This document shows, one piece after another, positions 53,683 to 62,985 of a stretch of 64,000 nt of DNA. The DNA is from Clostridia bacterium (GTDB lineage: Bacteria; Bacillota; Clostridia; Christensenellales; CAG-138): contig JAFRNW010000018.1 in assembly GCA_017429985.1 (NCBI GenBank), forward strand, positions 259,120 to 323,119, read 5' to 3'. Numbering within the stretch: position 1 is the first letter of the stretch; each line of letters opens with the position of its first letter. The position numbers were made by a program, and so were the translations under genes. The notes under the pieces were generated by a model. It saw nothing but the letters and a program-made list of their open reading frames with translations. It did no database searches and was not told the DNA's origin.

Positions 53683-55818
53683 TCACTCCGCGATTCGGAA
53701 CAGCATTTCGCCGTAGCTCGGAAGAGGCCAGAAATTCTTCCCTATGATGCATTCCATCGCGTCTGCTGCCTGCCGGAGCGTTTCCATTTTGGGCTGAACC
53801 TTGTCTCTGAATCGGATCGCCCGTTCGCTCGCGTCTTCCGCGTCCGGAAGTTTCGCTATTGCGCTGTCCAGCGCTTCCACAGCCAGTCTGCACTCGTTCA
53901 TTTTCCGGTTGATTTCCCGCAGCAGCACGGCCTGCGTCGGCGCTTCAATGGATACCTGCTGGCACCGCGCGACAGAATCCGCGAGCATTCCGCTGTATTC
54001 CGCAGCTGCCGGGATAATCATCTGCTTCGCGATTTTGACCATGGTAACCGCTTCGATCAATCCAAGCTTTGTATAGTTCTGCAAAGCAATTTCGCATCTT
54101 GCCTGAAGTTCTTCTTTTGAGAAAACAGCGTGCTTTTTAAATACGTCTCTGGTCTGTTTCGAGAGAAAGACCTTGATCGCATCCACCGTGTTGTCAATAT
54201 TCGGAAGCCCGCGTTTCTTCGCTTCCGCCACCCAGGCGGAATCATAATTGTTTCCGTTGAATATGACGCGCTTGTGTTTGTCATACAGTTCTCCCGAGAC
54301 GCGCAGCCATTCCTCGTCGAAATCATCCGCCTTTTCAAGGCGGTCCGCTATGCGGCAAAGCTCCTCTGCGACGATCGTGTTCAGCACGGTATTGGGCAGA
54401 CCGAGGGACTGGACGGCGCCGACCATACGGAATTCGAATTTGTCTCCGGTAAACGCCATCGGGGAAGTCCTGTTCCTGTCGCTGTTGTCTCTCTTTATGT
54501 CCGCTATTGTGGACACGCCGATATTCAGCACGTTTGCGCTCGCAGGATCCACGTTCCCGCTCGACACGAAATGCTCCAGCTTCTTCTGCAGTTCCTCGCC
54601 CAGAAATACCGACATGATCTGGGGCGGCGCCTCGTTCCCGCCCAGGCGGCATTCATTGCCCAGGCTTGCGCAGGACATCCGCATCATCGGCGCAAAGTCA
54701 TCCACAGCGGAGATGACGGCCAAAAGAAACGTGCTGAATAATCTCCCGTCCTCGTTCTTTCTTGTCGGTCTGAGCAGATTCTTTCCGCTGTCCGTTGTCA
54801 GGGACCAGTTGTTGTGCTTGCCGCTCCCGTTCACGTTCCGGAACGGTTTTTCATGCAGGAGGCACATCATGCCGTGTCTTTCCGCAATTCTCCGCATCAT
54901 CTCCATGACAAGCTGATTCTGGTCCACCGCAAGATTTGCCGAGACAAACAGCTGCGCCAGCTCATACTGGGATGGGGCCGCTTCATTATGCTCCGTTTTG
55001 CACGGAACCCCCATTCTCCACAGGGACTCATTCAACTCGCGCATGAAGGACATGACATTTTCAGGCGTTGCAGCGTAATACTGATCCGCAAGCTCCTGTG
55101 CCTTTGACGGTGCCGCGCCGTACAGCGTTCTGCCCGTATATACAAGGTCTTTTCTCTTCAGAAACGCGTGCCTGTCAACAAGGAAATACTCCTGTTCGGC
55201 TCCGACAGTCGGCGTGACCCTTACCGTTTCCGTATCCCCGAGAACTCTGAGGACACGCAGGGACTGACGGTTCAGCGCCTCCATGGAACGCAGAAGCGGG
55301 GTTTTTTCATCCAAGGCTTCTCCGGAGAAGGAACAGAAAGCTGTCGGAATGCAAAGGCATGCGGATCCGTCCGGATTCCGTTTGATAAAGGCCGGGCTGG
55401 TACAGTCCCATGTCGTATAGCCTCTCGCTTCAAATGTCGCGCGCAGGCCTCCGGAAGGAAAAGAGGATCCGTCCGCTTCCCCGCGGATCAATGCTTTTGC
55501 GGAAAATGCGGTGATCGGCATACGATCCAGCTCGTCCGGCTGCAAAAACGCGTCCCTTTTCTCCGCAGTGGTCCCCGTCATAGGCTGAAACCAGTGCGTA
55601 TAGTGCGTAGCGCCTTTTTCGATCGCCCATTTCATCATCGCGTCCGCTACTTCACCGGCGACCCGGAACTCAAGGCTGTTCCCGTTCTTCACAGCATTCT
55701 GAAGTGCGGCATATACCTCAGGCTTCAGCCGTTCTTTCATCACGCTGTCAGAAAAAACGTCCTTCCCGAACATCGGATAAGCTTCCAGTACGATTGTTTC
55801 CGGCATATTTGAATTCAC
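53683..55818 (-). CDS. glnN: Glutamine synthetase type III
   Basis: 711 aa. THYTHWFQPMTGTTAEKRDAFL and the overall length are typical of GS-III. The ORF-track start at 55818 is a GTG; an alternative ATG lies at 55806. Confidence 0.9.
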   Translation of the reverse strand: MNSNMPETIVLEAYPMFGKDVFSDSVMKERLKPEVYAALQNAVKNGNSLEFRVAGEVADAMMKWAIEKGATHYTHWFQPMTGTTAEKRDAFLQPDELDRMPITAFSAKALIRGEADGSSFPSGGLRATFEARGYTTWDCTSPAFIKRNPDGSACLCIPTAFCSFSGEALDEKTPLLRSMEALNRQSLRVLRVLGDTETVRVTPTVGAEQEYFLVDRHAFLKRKDLVYTGRTLYGAAPSKAQELADQYYAATPENVMSFMRELNESLWRMGVPCKTEHNEAAPSQYELAQLFVSANLAVDQNQLVMEMMRRIAERHGMMCLLHEKPFRNVNGSGKHNNWSLTTDSGKNLLRPTRKNEDGRLFSTFLLAVISAVDDFAPMMRMSCASLGNECRLGGNEAPPQIMSVFLGEELQKKLEHFVSSGNVDPASANVLNIGVSTIADIKRDNSDRNRTSPMAFTGDKFEFRMVGAVQSLGLPNTVLNTIVAEELCRIADRLEKADDFDEEWLRVSGELYDKHKRVIFNGNNYDSAWVAEAKKRGLPNIDNTVDAIKVFLSKQTRDVFKKHAVFSKEELQARCEIALQNYTKLGLIEAVTMVKIAKQMIIPAAAEYSGMLADSVARCQQVSIEAPTQAVLLREINRKMNECRLAVEALDSAIAKLPDAEDASERAIRFRDKVQPKMETLRQAADAMECIIGKNFWPLPSYGEMLFRIAE

Positions 55819-55902
55819 CGCCCTGCGAAAAAGAATTGAATTGCTTCATAGATTATCACAGGGAATCAGCAGTTGCAACGCCAAAACAGCAAATTCAGTA
55901 TA

Positions 55903-55960
55903 TGTGGGGAATTTTTCTTGATATTTAATAATTATATATATGTGTGTGGGGAATTTTTCT
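55903..55960. repeat. Two identical 16-bp direct repeats upstream of glnN
   Basis: TGTGGGGAATTTTTCT occurs at 55903-55918 and 55945-55960, a 42-bp period. On the minus strand each copy is followed by a -10-like box (TATACT and TATAAT). Confidence 0.85.
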
Positions 55961-55971
55961 CTTAAAATCTT

Positions 55972-56000
55972 ATAAAAAGAGCTCCGGGATAACCCGGAGC
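55972..56000 (-). terminator. Rho-independent terminator of rplL
   Basis: The minus strand reads GCUCCGGG-uuau-CCCGGAGC followed by UCUUUUUAUA. Confidence 0.85.
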
Positions 56001-56020
56001 ACATGAATCGATCAAAAATC

Positions 56021-56386
56021 TCATTTGACTTCGCAAACAGCTCCAACTTCCTTGAAAGCAGCAACGATCTTGTCGGCTTCTTCCTTGGAAACCTGCTCTT
56101 TAACGGCTTTCGGAGCGTTATCGACAACGTCTTTCGCTTCCTTGAGGCCAAGTCCGGTGAGCTCACGGACAACTTTGATAACCTTGATCTTCTCGGGTCC
56201 GATCTCTTTGAGAATAACATCGAACTCGGTCTTCTCTTCAACTTCTGCTGCCGGTGCGGGACCTGCAACTGCAACCGCGGTCGCCGCCGCGGAAACGCCA
56301 AATTCAGCCTCCAGAGCCTTGACGAGATCTGCAAGCTCAAGAACGGACATCGCTTTGATATCAGCAATCAATTGTTCCTTATCCAT
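56021..56386 (-). CDS. rplL: 50S ribosomal protein L7/L12
   Basis: ORF trimmed to the ATG at 56386, with GGAGGA upstream. Sequence: [39 protein letters not shown]. Confidence 0.95.
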   Translation of the reverse strand: MDKEQLIADIKAMSVLELADLVKALEAEFGVSAAATAVAVAGPAPAAEVEEKTEFDVILKEIGPEKIKVIKVVRELTGLGLKEAKDVVDNAPKAVKEQVSKEEADKIVAAFKEVGAVCEVK

Positions 56387-56440
56387 TTTAAAATCCTCCA
56401 ATAATTATTATTCTAAAATTTGTGTGTCAGCAGATCCTGT

Positions 56441-56941
56441 TTACTCTGCTTTGCTCTTTGCAATCTGATCGAGTACGATTGCAAGTCCGGAAATCGGCGA
56501 CATCATGCTGCCGAGCAGACGTGCGATAAGCACTTCGCGGGACGGCAGGTCGGCGATGCTGCGGATAGCATCCGTGTCCATGAACTCGCCTTCAACGATT
56601 CCACCTTTCAGCGCGCACTTCTTGCTCTTGTCGCTGAACGTTTTCAGTACCTTTGCAGCAGAAACCGCGTCCTGATAACCAAACGCAAAAGCGGAAGGTC
56701 CCTTCAGAAGCTGCTCAAACTGCGCATCAACATTGGCTGCTTCACAGGCACGTTTGACGATATGATTTTTCAGAACGACATATTCCACGCCTGATTTACG
56801 CATTTCATTACGCAGTGCTGTATCTTCAGCAACGGTAATTCCGCGGTAATCAAATACGACGACGGTCTGTGCTTTCGCAAATTTTTCTTTCACTTCTTCC
56901 ACCTGAGCGGCTTTGATTTCAATATTCTTTGCGTTTGCCAT
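56441..56941 (-). CDS. rplJ: 50S ribosomal protein L10
   Basis: ORF trimmed to the ATG at 56941, 9 nt after GGAGGTG. It shows L10 family features and sits in the rplJ-rplL gene order. Confidence 0.93.
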   Translation of the reverse strand: MANAKNIEIKAAQVEEVKEKFAKAQTVVVFDYRGITVAEDTALRNEMRKSGVEYVVLKNHIVKRACEAANVDAQFEQLLKGPSAFAFGYQDAVSAAKVLKTFSDKSKKCALKGGIVEGEFMDTDAIRSIADLPSREVLIARLLGSMMSPISGLAIVLDQIAKSKAE

Positions 56942-57100
56942 GCTGTGTTTCACCTCCTCATAAGATTTTTGATTTCATACAAAAACGCTTCCCGTCACAG
57001 ACAGAAAGCGTCAAACACACCATGATGTTTTTTGCCTCGGCAGGATTTACATATCCTAGGATACTACCGGCTGTCTGCGGCGATATTCATTTTTTCAGCC
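56942..57100 (-). promoter_or_regulatory. Probable L10 (rplJ) leader autoregulatory RNA
   Basis: A leader of about 160 nt lies between the promoter and the rplJ start. It is structured and GC-rich (GCCGCAGACAGCCGG..CCUGCCGAGGC). Firmicute rplJL operons normally carry the L10 leader at this position. I have not verified it against a model. Confidence 0.5.
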
Positions 57101-57107
57101 ACTGCGC

Positions 57108-57137
57108 AATATATCATAACGCAGCGGAAGCTGTCAA
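57108..57137 (-). promoter_or_regulatory. SigmaA-type promoter for rplJL
   Basis: On the minus strand: TTGACA (57137-57132), an 18-nt spacer, then TATATT (57113-57108). Confidence 0.6.
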
Positions 57138-57145
57138 TACCGTAA

Positions 57146-57835
57146 TCAGAACTTCATTGCGTTGAACTTGACACCGGGGCCCATTGTGGAAGAAATGACC
57201 AGGCTCTTGATGTAAGTTCCCTTTGCAGCCTGCGGTTTTGCCTTGATGATCGCGTCCATCAGCGTGTTCAGGTTCTCTTCGAGCTTGTCGACGCCAAAGG
57301 AAGCTTTTCCGATCGGGCAGTGGCAGATGGACGTTTTGTCTACTCGATACTCGACTTTACCGGCTTTGATGTCGGAAATAGCTTTCGCAACATCCATTGT
57401 GACGGTACCGCTCTTCGGGTTCGGCATCAAGCCTTTCGGTCCGAGGATACGGCCGATACGTCCGACAACACCCATCATATCAGGGGTCGCAACGCAGACA
57501 TCAAAATCAAACCAGTTTTCTGTCTGAATCTTCTTGACCAGTTCTTCATCGCCCACGTAATCTGCTCCGGCTTCCTGTGCCTCACGTGCCTTGTCTGCCT
57601 TTGCAAAAACAAGAACGCGGACTTTCTTTCCGGTACCGTGCGGGAGAACGACCGCACCGCGGACCTGCTGATCAGCATGACGGGGGTCTACGCCCAGCCG
57701 GATGGAAGCTTCGATCGTTTCATCGAATTTCGCCTTAGCGGTGGCCAGAACGGCTTCCAGACCTTCTCTGGGGTCATACAGTCTGAGATTGTCGATAGAC
57801 TTCTTGCTTTCAATATACTTCTTGCCGTGTTTCAT
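57146..57835 (-). CDS. rplA: 50S ribosomal protein L1
   Basis: 229 aa: [12 protein letters not shown].., [21 protein letters not shown]-type motif ([14 protein letters not shown]). Confidence 0.95.
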   Translation of the reverse strand: MKHGKKYIESKKSIDNLRLYDPREGLEAVLATAKAKFDETIEASIRLGVDPRHADQQVRGAVVLPHGTGKKVRVLVFAKADKAREAQEAGADYVGDEELVKKIQTENWFDFDVCVATPDMMGVVGRIGRILGPKGLMPNPKSGTVTMDVAKAISDIKAGKVEYRVDKTSICHCPIGKASFGVDKLEENLNTLMDAIIKAKPQAAKGTYIKSLVISSTMGPGVKFNAMKF

Positions 57836-57846
57836 CCTGTACCTCC

Positions 57847-58272
57847 TTAATCGCTGACGACGATGCCCATGCTGCGGGCAGTGCCTGCGACCATGCTCAT
57901 AGCCGCCTCGACAGATGCCGCGTTCAGATCAGGCATCTTCAGCTCGGCGATTTCCTTAACCTGAGCCTTGGTAATCGTTGCGACCTTAGTCTTGTTCGGT
58001 ACGCCAGACGCTTTTTCGATGTTCGCTGCCTTCTTAATGAGAACAGCGGCCGGAGGCGTCTTTGTGATGAAAGAGAATGTATGATCCTGATAAACAGTGA
58101 TCACGACCGGAATAATCAATCCGACCTGTTTGTTGGTCTTCTCATTGAATTCTTTGCAGAATCCCATGATGTTCAGACCGTGCTGGCCAAGTGCCGGGCC
58201 TACCGGCGGCGCGGGTGTTGCTTTTCCCGCCGGAATCTGCAGCTTCACATAGCCTACAATTTTTTTTGCCAT
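57847..58272 (-). CDS. rplK: 50S ribosomal protein L11
   Basis: 141 aa: [32 protein letters not shown]. Confidence 0.95.
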   Translation of the reverse strand: MAKKIVGYVKLQIPAGKATPAPPVGPALGQHGLNIMGFCKEFNEKTNKQVGLIIPVVITVYQDHTFSFITKTPPAAVLIKKAANIEKASGVPNKTKVATITKAQVKEIAELKMPDLNAASVEAAMSMVAGTARSMGIVVSD

Positions 58273-58365
58273 AGCGGTTCCTCCTACTGAATTTTGTGGT
58301 GCGAACGGGGTGCCTCCCCTTCCACATCTATTACCAATATGCCGAAAGCGGCATATACTGGGCGA

Positions 58366-58941
58366 TTAGATCTTCTGAACCTGAACGAAATCCAGTTCCA
58401 CAGGGGTTTCTCTTCCGAACATGGAAACTGTCAGCTTGACTTTCTGGCGTTCAGGATCCAGTTTTTCGACTCTGCCGATGAAGTTTTCGAGCGGTCCGGA
58501 TACGACGCGGACTTCCTCGCCGATGTCAATGTTCAGAACGATCGGGATCCTCTCGACTCCCATAGCCGTCACTTCCTCATCGGAAAGCGGGACCGGCTTG
58601 CTTCCGGGGCCGACAAATCCGGTAACGCCGCGGGTGTTTCGAATCACGTACCATGTTCTGGGATTCATGACCCATTCCACGCTGACGCCGCCGTCGCTGC
58701 GTTCTTTCTCAACGGTATCTACAAGAATCTTTACCATGACATAGCCAGGATACACCTTGCGCTGAACTACCTTCTTCTTCCCGGTCGCGGTTACTTCGAT
58801 CGCTTCCTCGGTCGGATACTTCACCTCAAGAACTGTGTCCTGCATTCCGAGATTTTCAATGGATTTCTCAAGGTCTTCCTTGACGCGGTTTTCATACCCG
58901 GAATATGTATGAACAACAAACCATCTTGCTTCCTGGCCCAT
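58366..58941 (-). CDS. nusG: Transcription termination/antitermination factor NusG
   Basis: 191 aa: WFVVHTYSGYENRV, and a KOW region VRVVSGPLENFIGRVEKLD. Confidence 0.95.
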   Translation of the reverse strand: MGQEARWFVVHTYSGYENRVKEDLEKSIENLGMQDTVLEVKYPTEEAIEVTATGKKKVVQRKVYPGYVMVKILVDTVEKERSDGGVSVEWVMNPRTWYVIRNTRGVTGFVGPGSKPVPLSDEEVTAMGVERIPIVLNIDIGEEVRVVSGPLENFIGRVEKLDPERQKVKLTVSMFGRETPVELDFVQVQKI

Positions 58942-58945
58942 AATG

Positions 58946-59227
58946 TCACCCGATATGAATGCTCTCCAGCGCGCCGATTCCAGTACTGAAGATAAAATCG
59001 AGCACGTAGATGATGAGAGCCATAGCGATTACAAATACAAAAACAGCAATCGTGTGAGAAACAAGCTCTTTTTTGGTCAGCCATGTCAGTTTCTTGACTT
59101 CACCGATCATCTCCTGAAGATAACGGACAATACGGAAACGGGAAAGGCCCTTCTGCCCTTTGTCCTGATTCTTGGATTTGCTCAGTTTCTTGGACTGATC
59201 CTGATTTTTGATGTCAGTCTTGGCCAT
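58946..59227 (-). CDS. secE: Preprotein translocase subunit SecE
   Basis: 93 aa with a basic N-terminal extension followed by EVKKLTWLTKKELVSHTIAVFVFVIAMALIIYVLD. It sits between rpmG and nusG. Confidence 0.85.
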   Translation of the reverse strand: MAKTDIKNQDQSKKLSKSKNQDKGQKGLSRFRIVRYLQEMIGEVKKLTWLTKKELVSHTIAVFVFVIAMALIIYVLDFIFSTGIGALESIHIG

Positions 59228-59248
59228 AATGATTTCCTTCCAGACCGA

Positions 59249-59398
59249 TTACTTGGACTCGCGATGCACCGTGTGCTTGCGGCAGAAACGGCAGTATTTC
59301 ATGAACTCAACACGATCAGGATCGTTCTTCTTGTTCTTGAAAGTGTTGTAATTTCTCTGCTTGCATTCAGTACATGCCAAACAAATCTTTACCCGCAT
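59249..59398 (-). CDS. rpmG: 50S ribosomal protein L33
   Basis: ORF 59249..59491 trimmed to the ATG at 59398, with GGAGGA upstream. Sequence: [49 protein letters not shown]. Confidence 0.9.
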   Translation of the reverse strand: MRVKICLACTECKQRNYNTFKNKKNDPDRVEFMKYCRFCRKHTVHRESK

Positions 59399-59561
59399 TA
59401 TATGTATCCTCCCCATAGGTTCTTGTACATTAAAATAGACCCCGAAAAAGGGGACCTTGATTAGGTTACCATAAGGAAGGAACCGTGTCAATCGATTTTT
59501 TCAGATAAATCGGTGTTTTTTTGAGCTTTTTTCCATGAGATTTTTCAGAATTCACAAAAGA

Positions 59562-59609
59562 ACCAGGCCTTCTCGCCGATGTCGGCAAGAAGCCTGGTCC
59601 GTTCGTTTC
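59562..59609 (-). terminator. Rho-independent terminator of malQ
   Basis: The minus strand has a long hairpin, GGACCAGGCUUCUUGCCGAcaUCGGCGAGAAGGCCUGGU (one bulge), followed by UCUUUUGUG. Confidence 0.75.
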
Positions 59610-59642
59610 AAATCCTCCCCGCAGACGCCAGGAAACAGCTGT

Positions 59643-61121
59643 TCAGCATCTTCCGTATCGTTCTGTGAGCTCGCGGATTCTCTTGGAAAGTGCTTTGGTC
59701 AGAGCTCCCTCCGAAATCCGGAACTGCCAGTTGCCGTCCGCTTTTCCGGGCGTATTCATCCTGGGGCTGCCGTCCAGCAGATAATCCTGGATCTGCGCCA
59801 CGAACAGTTTGGCGACCGAACTCATCCCGCCGCGGATCATCCCGTTCTCATACCCTTCCCCGGCGTTAAGCCCAAGGTACTTTACCGCCATGTCGACGTC
59901 GTCGGATGAAGCCTCATGGAACCAGGATTCCAGCGTGATATTATCATGTGTCCCGGTATAGCAGATACAGTTCTCGGAATACTTATGAGGGAGATAGTCG
60001 CTGGGTTCTCTTGAGTCAAACGCAAATTCCAGGACCTTCATGCCCGGCCACCGGCTCTCCTTCAGGAGTGTTTTGACCGTTTCGGTTAAATAGCCAAGAT
60101 CTTCCGCGATAAACTCCGTGTCCTTGAACCACCCGTTCAGCGCGCTGACGATCTTCATTCCCGGACCCTTCCGCCATTCTCCGATCCTGGCGGTCTTCTC
60201 GCCGTACGGAACCGCCCAGTATTCGTCAAATCCGCGGAAATGATCGATCCGGATCACATCAAACAGTCTGGATGCGCCTCCGATCCTCCGGATCCACCAG
60301 CCGAACCCGTCCTCCTCCATTTTATCCCATCGGTACAGCGGGTTGCCCCAAAGCTGTCCGTCTGCCGTGAAATAATCCGGAGGAACGCCGCTGACGGAAT
60401 CCGGGATCCCCTGCTCATTCATTTCAAAAAACTGCTTTTCCGACCAGGTATCGGCGCTGTCCATCGCGACATAAATCGGAACATCCCCGATCACGCTGAT
60501 TCCCTTTTGTTTCAGATAGCCTCTCAGCTTTTCCCACTGCTGATAAAACAGATACTGGATGTATGTGAACAGTTCAATGTCTTTCCGGAGTTCCTGTCTG
60601 TACCGGTTCACTGTTTCCGGCTCTCTCATGCGGATCTTTTCATCCGGCCATTCCGTCCATGCCTTCATTCCGAAATGACGCTTGCACGCCATAAAAAGGG
60701 CATAATCCGGAAGCCAGGACGCGTTCTCCTCTTCAAACCGCCTGACAGCTTCCCTGTCCCGCTCCCATCCCCGCATTTTTGCTTTCTCGAGAATCGGAAA
60801 ACGGTGCTGATAGACCTTTGCGTAGTCCACCCGTTTCGGGTCGGTTCCCCAATCGCACGCCAGGACCTCCTCTTTTTGGAGGAGTCCGTCTTCGATCAGG
60901 AAATCCAGATCAATATAGTATGGATTCCCTGCATAGGTGGAAAAACTCTGATAGGGAGAATCGCCGTAGCTGGTTGGTCCGAGCGGAAGCATCTGCCAGT
61001 ATTTCTGACCTGCTTCGGCAAGAAAATCCGCAAATTCATATGCTTTTTTCCCCAGTGTCCCGATCCCATACGGAGAGGGAAGGGAAGAAACCGCAGCCAA
61101 TATACCTGAACTTCTATTCAT
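59643..61121 (-). CDS. malQ: 4-alpha-glucanotransferase (amylomaltase)
   Basis: 492 aa: GILAAVSSLPSPYGIGTLG, WQMLPLGPT..DSPYQS, IGDVPIYV, RIDHFRGF. Confidence 0.9.
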   Translation of the reverse strand: MNRSSGILAAVSSLPSPYGIGTLGKKAYEFADFLAEAGQKYWQMLPLGPTSYGDSPYQSFSTYAGNPYYIDLDFLIEDGLLQKEEVLACDWGTDPKRVDYAKVYQHRFPILEKAKMRGWERDREAVRRFEEENASWLPDYALFMACKRHFGMKAWTEWPDEKIRMREPETVNRYRQELRKDIELFTYIQYLFYQQWEKLRGYLKQKGISVIGDVPIYVAMDSADTWSEKQFFEMNEQGIPDSVSGVPPDYFTADGQLWGNPLYRWDKMEEDGFGWWIRRIGGASRLFDVIRIDHFRGFDEYWAVPYGEKTARIGEWRKGPGMKIVSALNGWFKDTEFIAEDLGYLTETVKTLLKESRWPGMKVLEFAFDSREPSDYLPHKYSENCICYTGTHDNITLESWFHEASSDDVDMAVKYLGLNAGEGYENGMIRGGMSSVAKLFVAQIQDYLLDGSPRMNTPGKADGNWQFRISEGALTKALSKRIRELTERYGRC

Positions 61122-61127
61122 GTTGTC

Positions 61128-61970
61128 TTAACCCTTTACTGCGCCTGCCGCGACGCCCTTGATAATGTATTTCTGGCAGAACAGATAGAAAACGATCACC
61201 GGGATAATACTCAGAAGAATCAGAGCCATCGTGGCGCCGAGGTCAACTGTTCCGTAACTGCCTTTCAAAAACTGAATCAGAATCGGTATGGTCATATACT
61301 TTTTCCTGTCCAAAACAAGATAGGGCAGAAGGTAATCGTTCCATACCCACATGATTTCCAGTACGCCGACAGAAATCATGGTCGGTTTCAGCATGGGGAA
61401 TACGACACGGAAGTATGTCTGGAGGGGATTGCAGCCGTCTATGTAGGCCGCTTCCTCAATTTCGATCGGGATTGTCTTAACAAAACCTGTGAACATAAAG
61501 ACGGCTAGTCCCGCCCCGAATCCGAGATAAACGATTGGAATCGTCCACGGGGTGTTCAGCGACAGCTCGTCTGCCGTTTTGGAAAGCGTGAACATGACCA
61601 TCTGGAACGGAACGACCATGGAAAAGACGCACGTATAGTATACTGCTTTACAAAAACGGCTGTTAACCCGGTTAATATACCACGCTGCCATTGAAGTGCA
61701 GACAAGGATCAGCAAAGTTGATGTCAGCGTAATGGACAGGCTGTAGAATGCGGCCTTAAAAAAAGGATAGTTTCCTAGCGTAATGCCGGTTTCAAAGTTT
61801 TTGAATCCCGCATACGACTGCGCGGTCGGAAAGGCAAACGTCTCCGTTTTCACGAATGTGTTGAGCTTAAAGGAGTTCAGAACAACAGTTAAGATCGGCA
61901 ACACATAAATCACGCAAATGACCGTAAAAAGCACTGTCATAAATGTGCTGAGTCGTTTCTCGTTTCTCAT
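61128..61970 (-). CDS. Carbohydrate ABC transporter permease (MalG-type)
   Basis: 280 aa. EAA loop: EEAAYIDGCNPLQTYFRVVFPMLKP. Confidence 0.9.
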   Translation of the reverse strand: MRNEKRLSTFMTVLFTVICVIYVLPILTVVLNSFKLNTFVKTETFAFPTAQSYAGFKNFETGITLGNYPFFKAAFYSLSITLTSTLLILVCTSMAAWYINRVNSRFCKAVYYTCVFSMVVPFQMVMFTLSKTADELSLNTPWTIPIVYLGFGAGLAVFMFTGFVKTIPIEIEEAAYIDGCNPLQTYFRVVFPMLKPTMISVGVLEIMWVWNDYLLPYLVLDRKKYMTIPILIQFLKGSYGTVDLGATMALILLSIIPVIVFYLFCQKYIIKGVAAGAVKG

Positions 61971-62884
61971 TACTGCTGCACCTCCCTCTTATGCGTATAC
62001 TGAAGCTGGATCAAGCTGATGGCCGCCACAAGGATGAAAAACAGGACCGCCTTTGCCTGGGCAGTTCCTCTTGCACTGACATTCGCTCCGTAGAATGTGT
62101 TATAGATGTTCAGCGCCAGCATTTCCGTTGTCTTGACAACGGTTCCGTCCGCATTCTGAATAAACGGCTGGCCTCCCGTCAATGCAAGGTTCTGATCGAA
62201 CAGTTTGAATCCATTGGACAGCGTCAGGAACATGCAGATCGTAATGGACGGCATAACATTCGGGATCGTAACATGGAACAGTGTCTGCCAGCGATTCGCG
62301 CCGTCAATCTTCGCGGCTTCCAGCATGTCGTCCGGCACCGCCTGGAGACCGGCGATATAAATAATCATCATGTAACCGATCTGCTGCCAGAGCATCAGGA
62401 TGATCAGTCCCCAGAAACCGTATTTGGTCTCGAGCAGAATGGATGTGTTCATGGAGGACAGAATGCCGTCGAATATCATCGACCAGATGTATCCGAGCAC
62501 AATACCTCCGATCAGGTTCGGCATGAAAAATACCGTCCTGAAAAGATTTCTGCCCTTGATTTTCTGTGTCAGTGCATAGGCAACAGCAAATGCAAATAAA
62601 TTGATCAACACGACAGACACTACCGCAAATAATGCCGTATACCAGAACGCGTGCATGAAAGTCGGATCATTTAAGGCCTTTGCATAGTTTCCGAAGCCGG
62701 TCAATTTCGCATCGCTCGTCGTTCTGAACGTGCAGAACGACAGATAGATTCCACGCAGAAACGGATAAACGAAACCGATAATAAATGATAGCAGCATCGG
62801 TAAAAGAAAAAGCGGAAACCATTTTCGCAGAGATTTCTGAATCAGCGAATCGCCTGACAAGACTTTTCTTTTTTTATTTCCCAT
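61970..62884 (-). CDS. Carbohydrate ABC transporter permease (MalF-type)
   Basis: 304 aa. EAA loop: LEAAKIDGANRWQTLFHVTIPNV. 1-nt overlap with the downstream permease gene. Confidence 0.9.
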   Translation of the reverse strand: MGNKKRKVLSGDSLIQKSLRKWFPLFLLPMLLSFIIGFVYPFLRGIYLSFCTFRTTSDAKLTGFGNYAKALNDPTFMHAFWYTALFAVVSVVLINLFAFAVAYALTQKIKGRNLFRTVFFMPNLIGGIVLGYIWSMIFDGILSSMNTSILLETKYGFWGLIILMLWQQIGYMMIIYIAGLQAVPDDMLEAAKIDGANRWQTLFHVTIPNVMPSITICMFLTLSNGFKLFDQNLALTGGQPFIQNADGTVVKTTEMLALNIYNTFYGANVSARGTAQAKAVLFFILVAAISLIQLQYTHKREVQQ

Positions 62885-62985
62885 TTCACAACGCTCCCCG
62901 CAGTCAAGTAATTATGCGTTGAAACATGCCATTTGAAAATGGCGGAGCGAAAAGAGTCCGCCCCGCCATTTACTGTCCGAGATGA

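Noticed and set aside
55867-55884. Sigma-54-like TGGCGT-N5-CTGCT upstream of glnN
   Set aside because: The spacing is correct, but both the -24 and -12 elements deviate from TGGCAC/TTGCA and no enhancer-binding protein gene is nearby. I mention it inside the glnN finding rather than calling it a feature.
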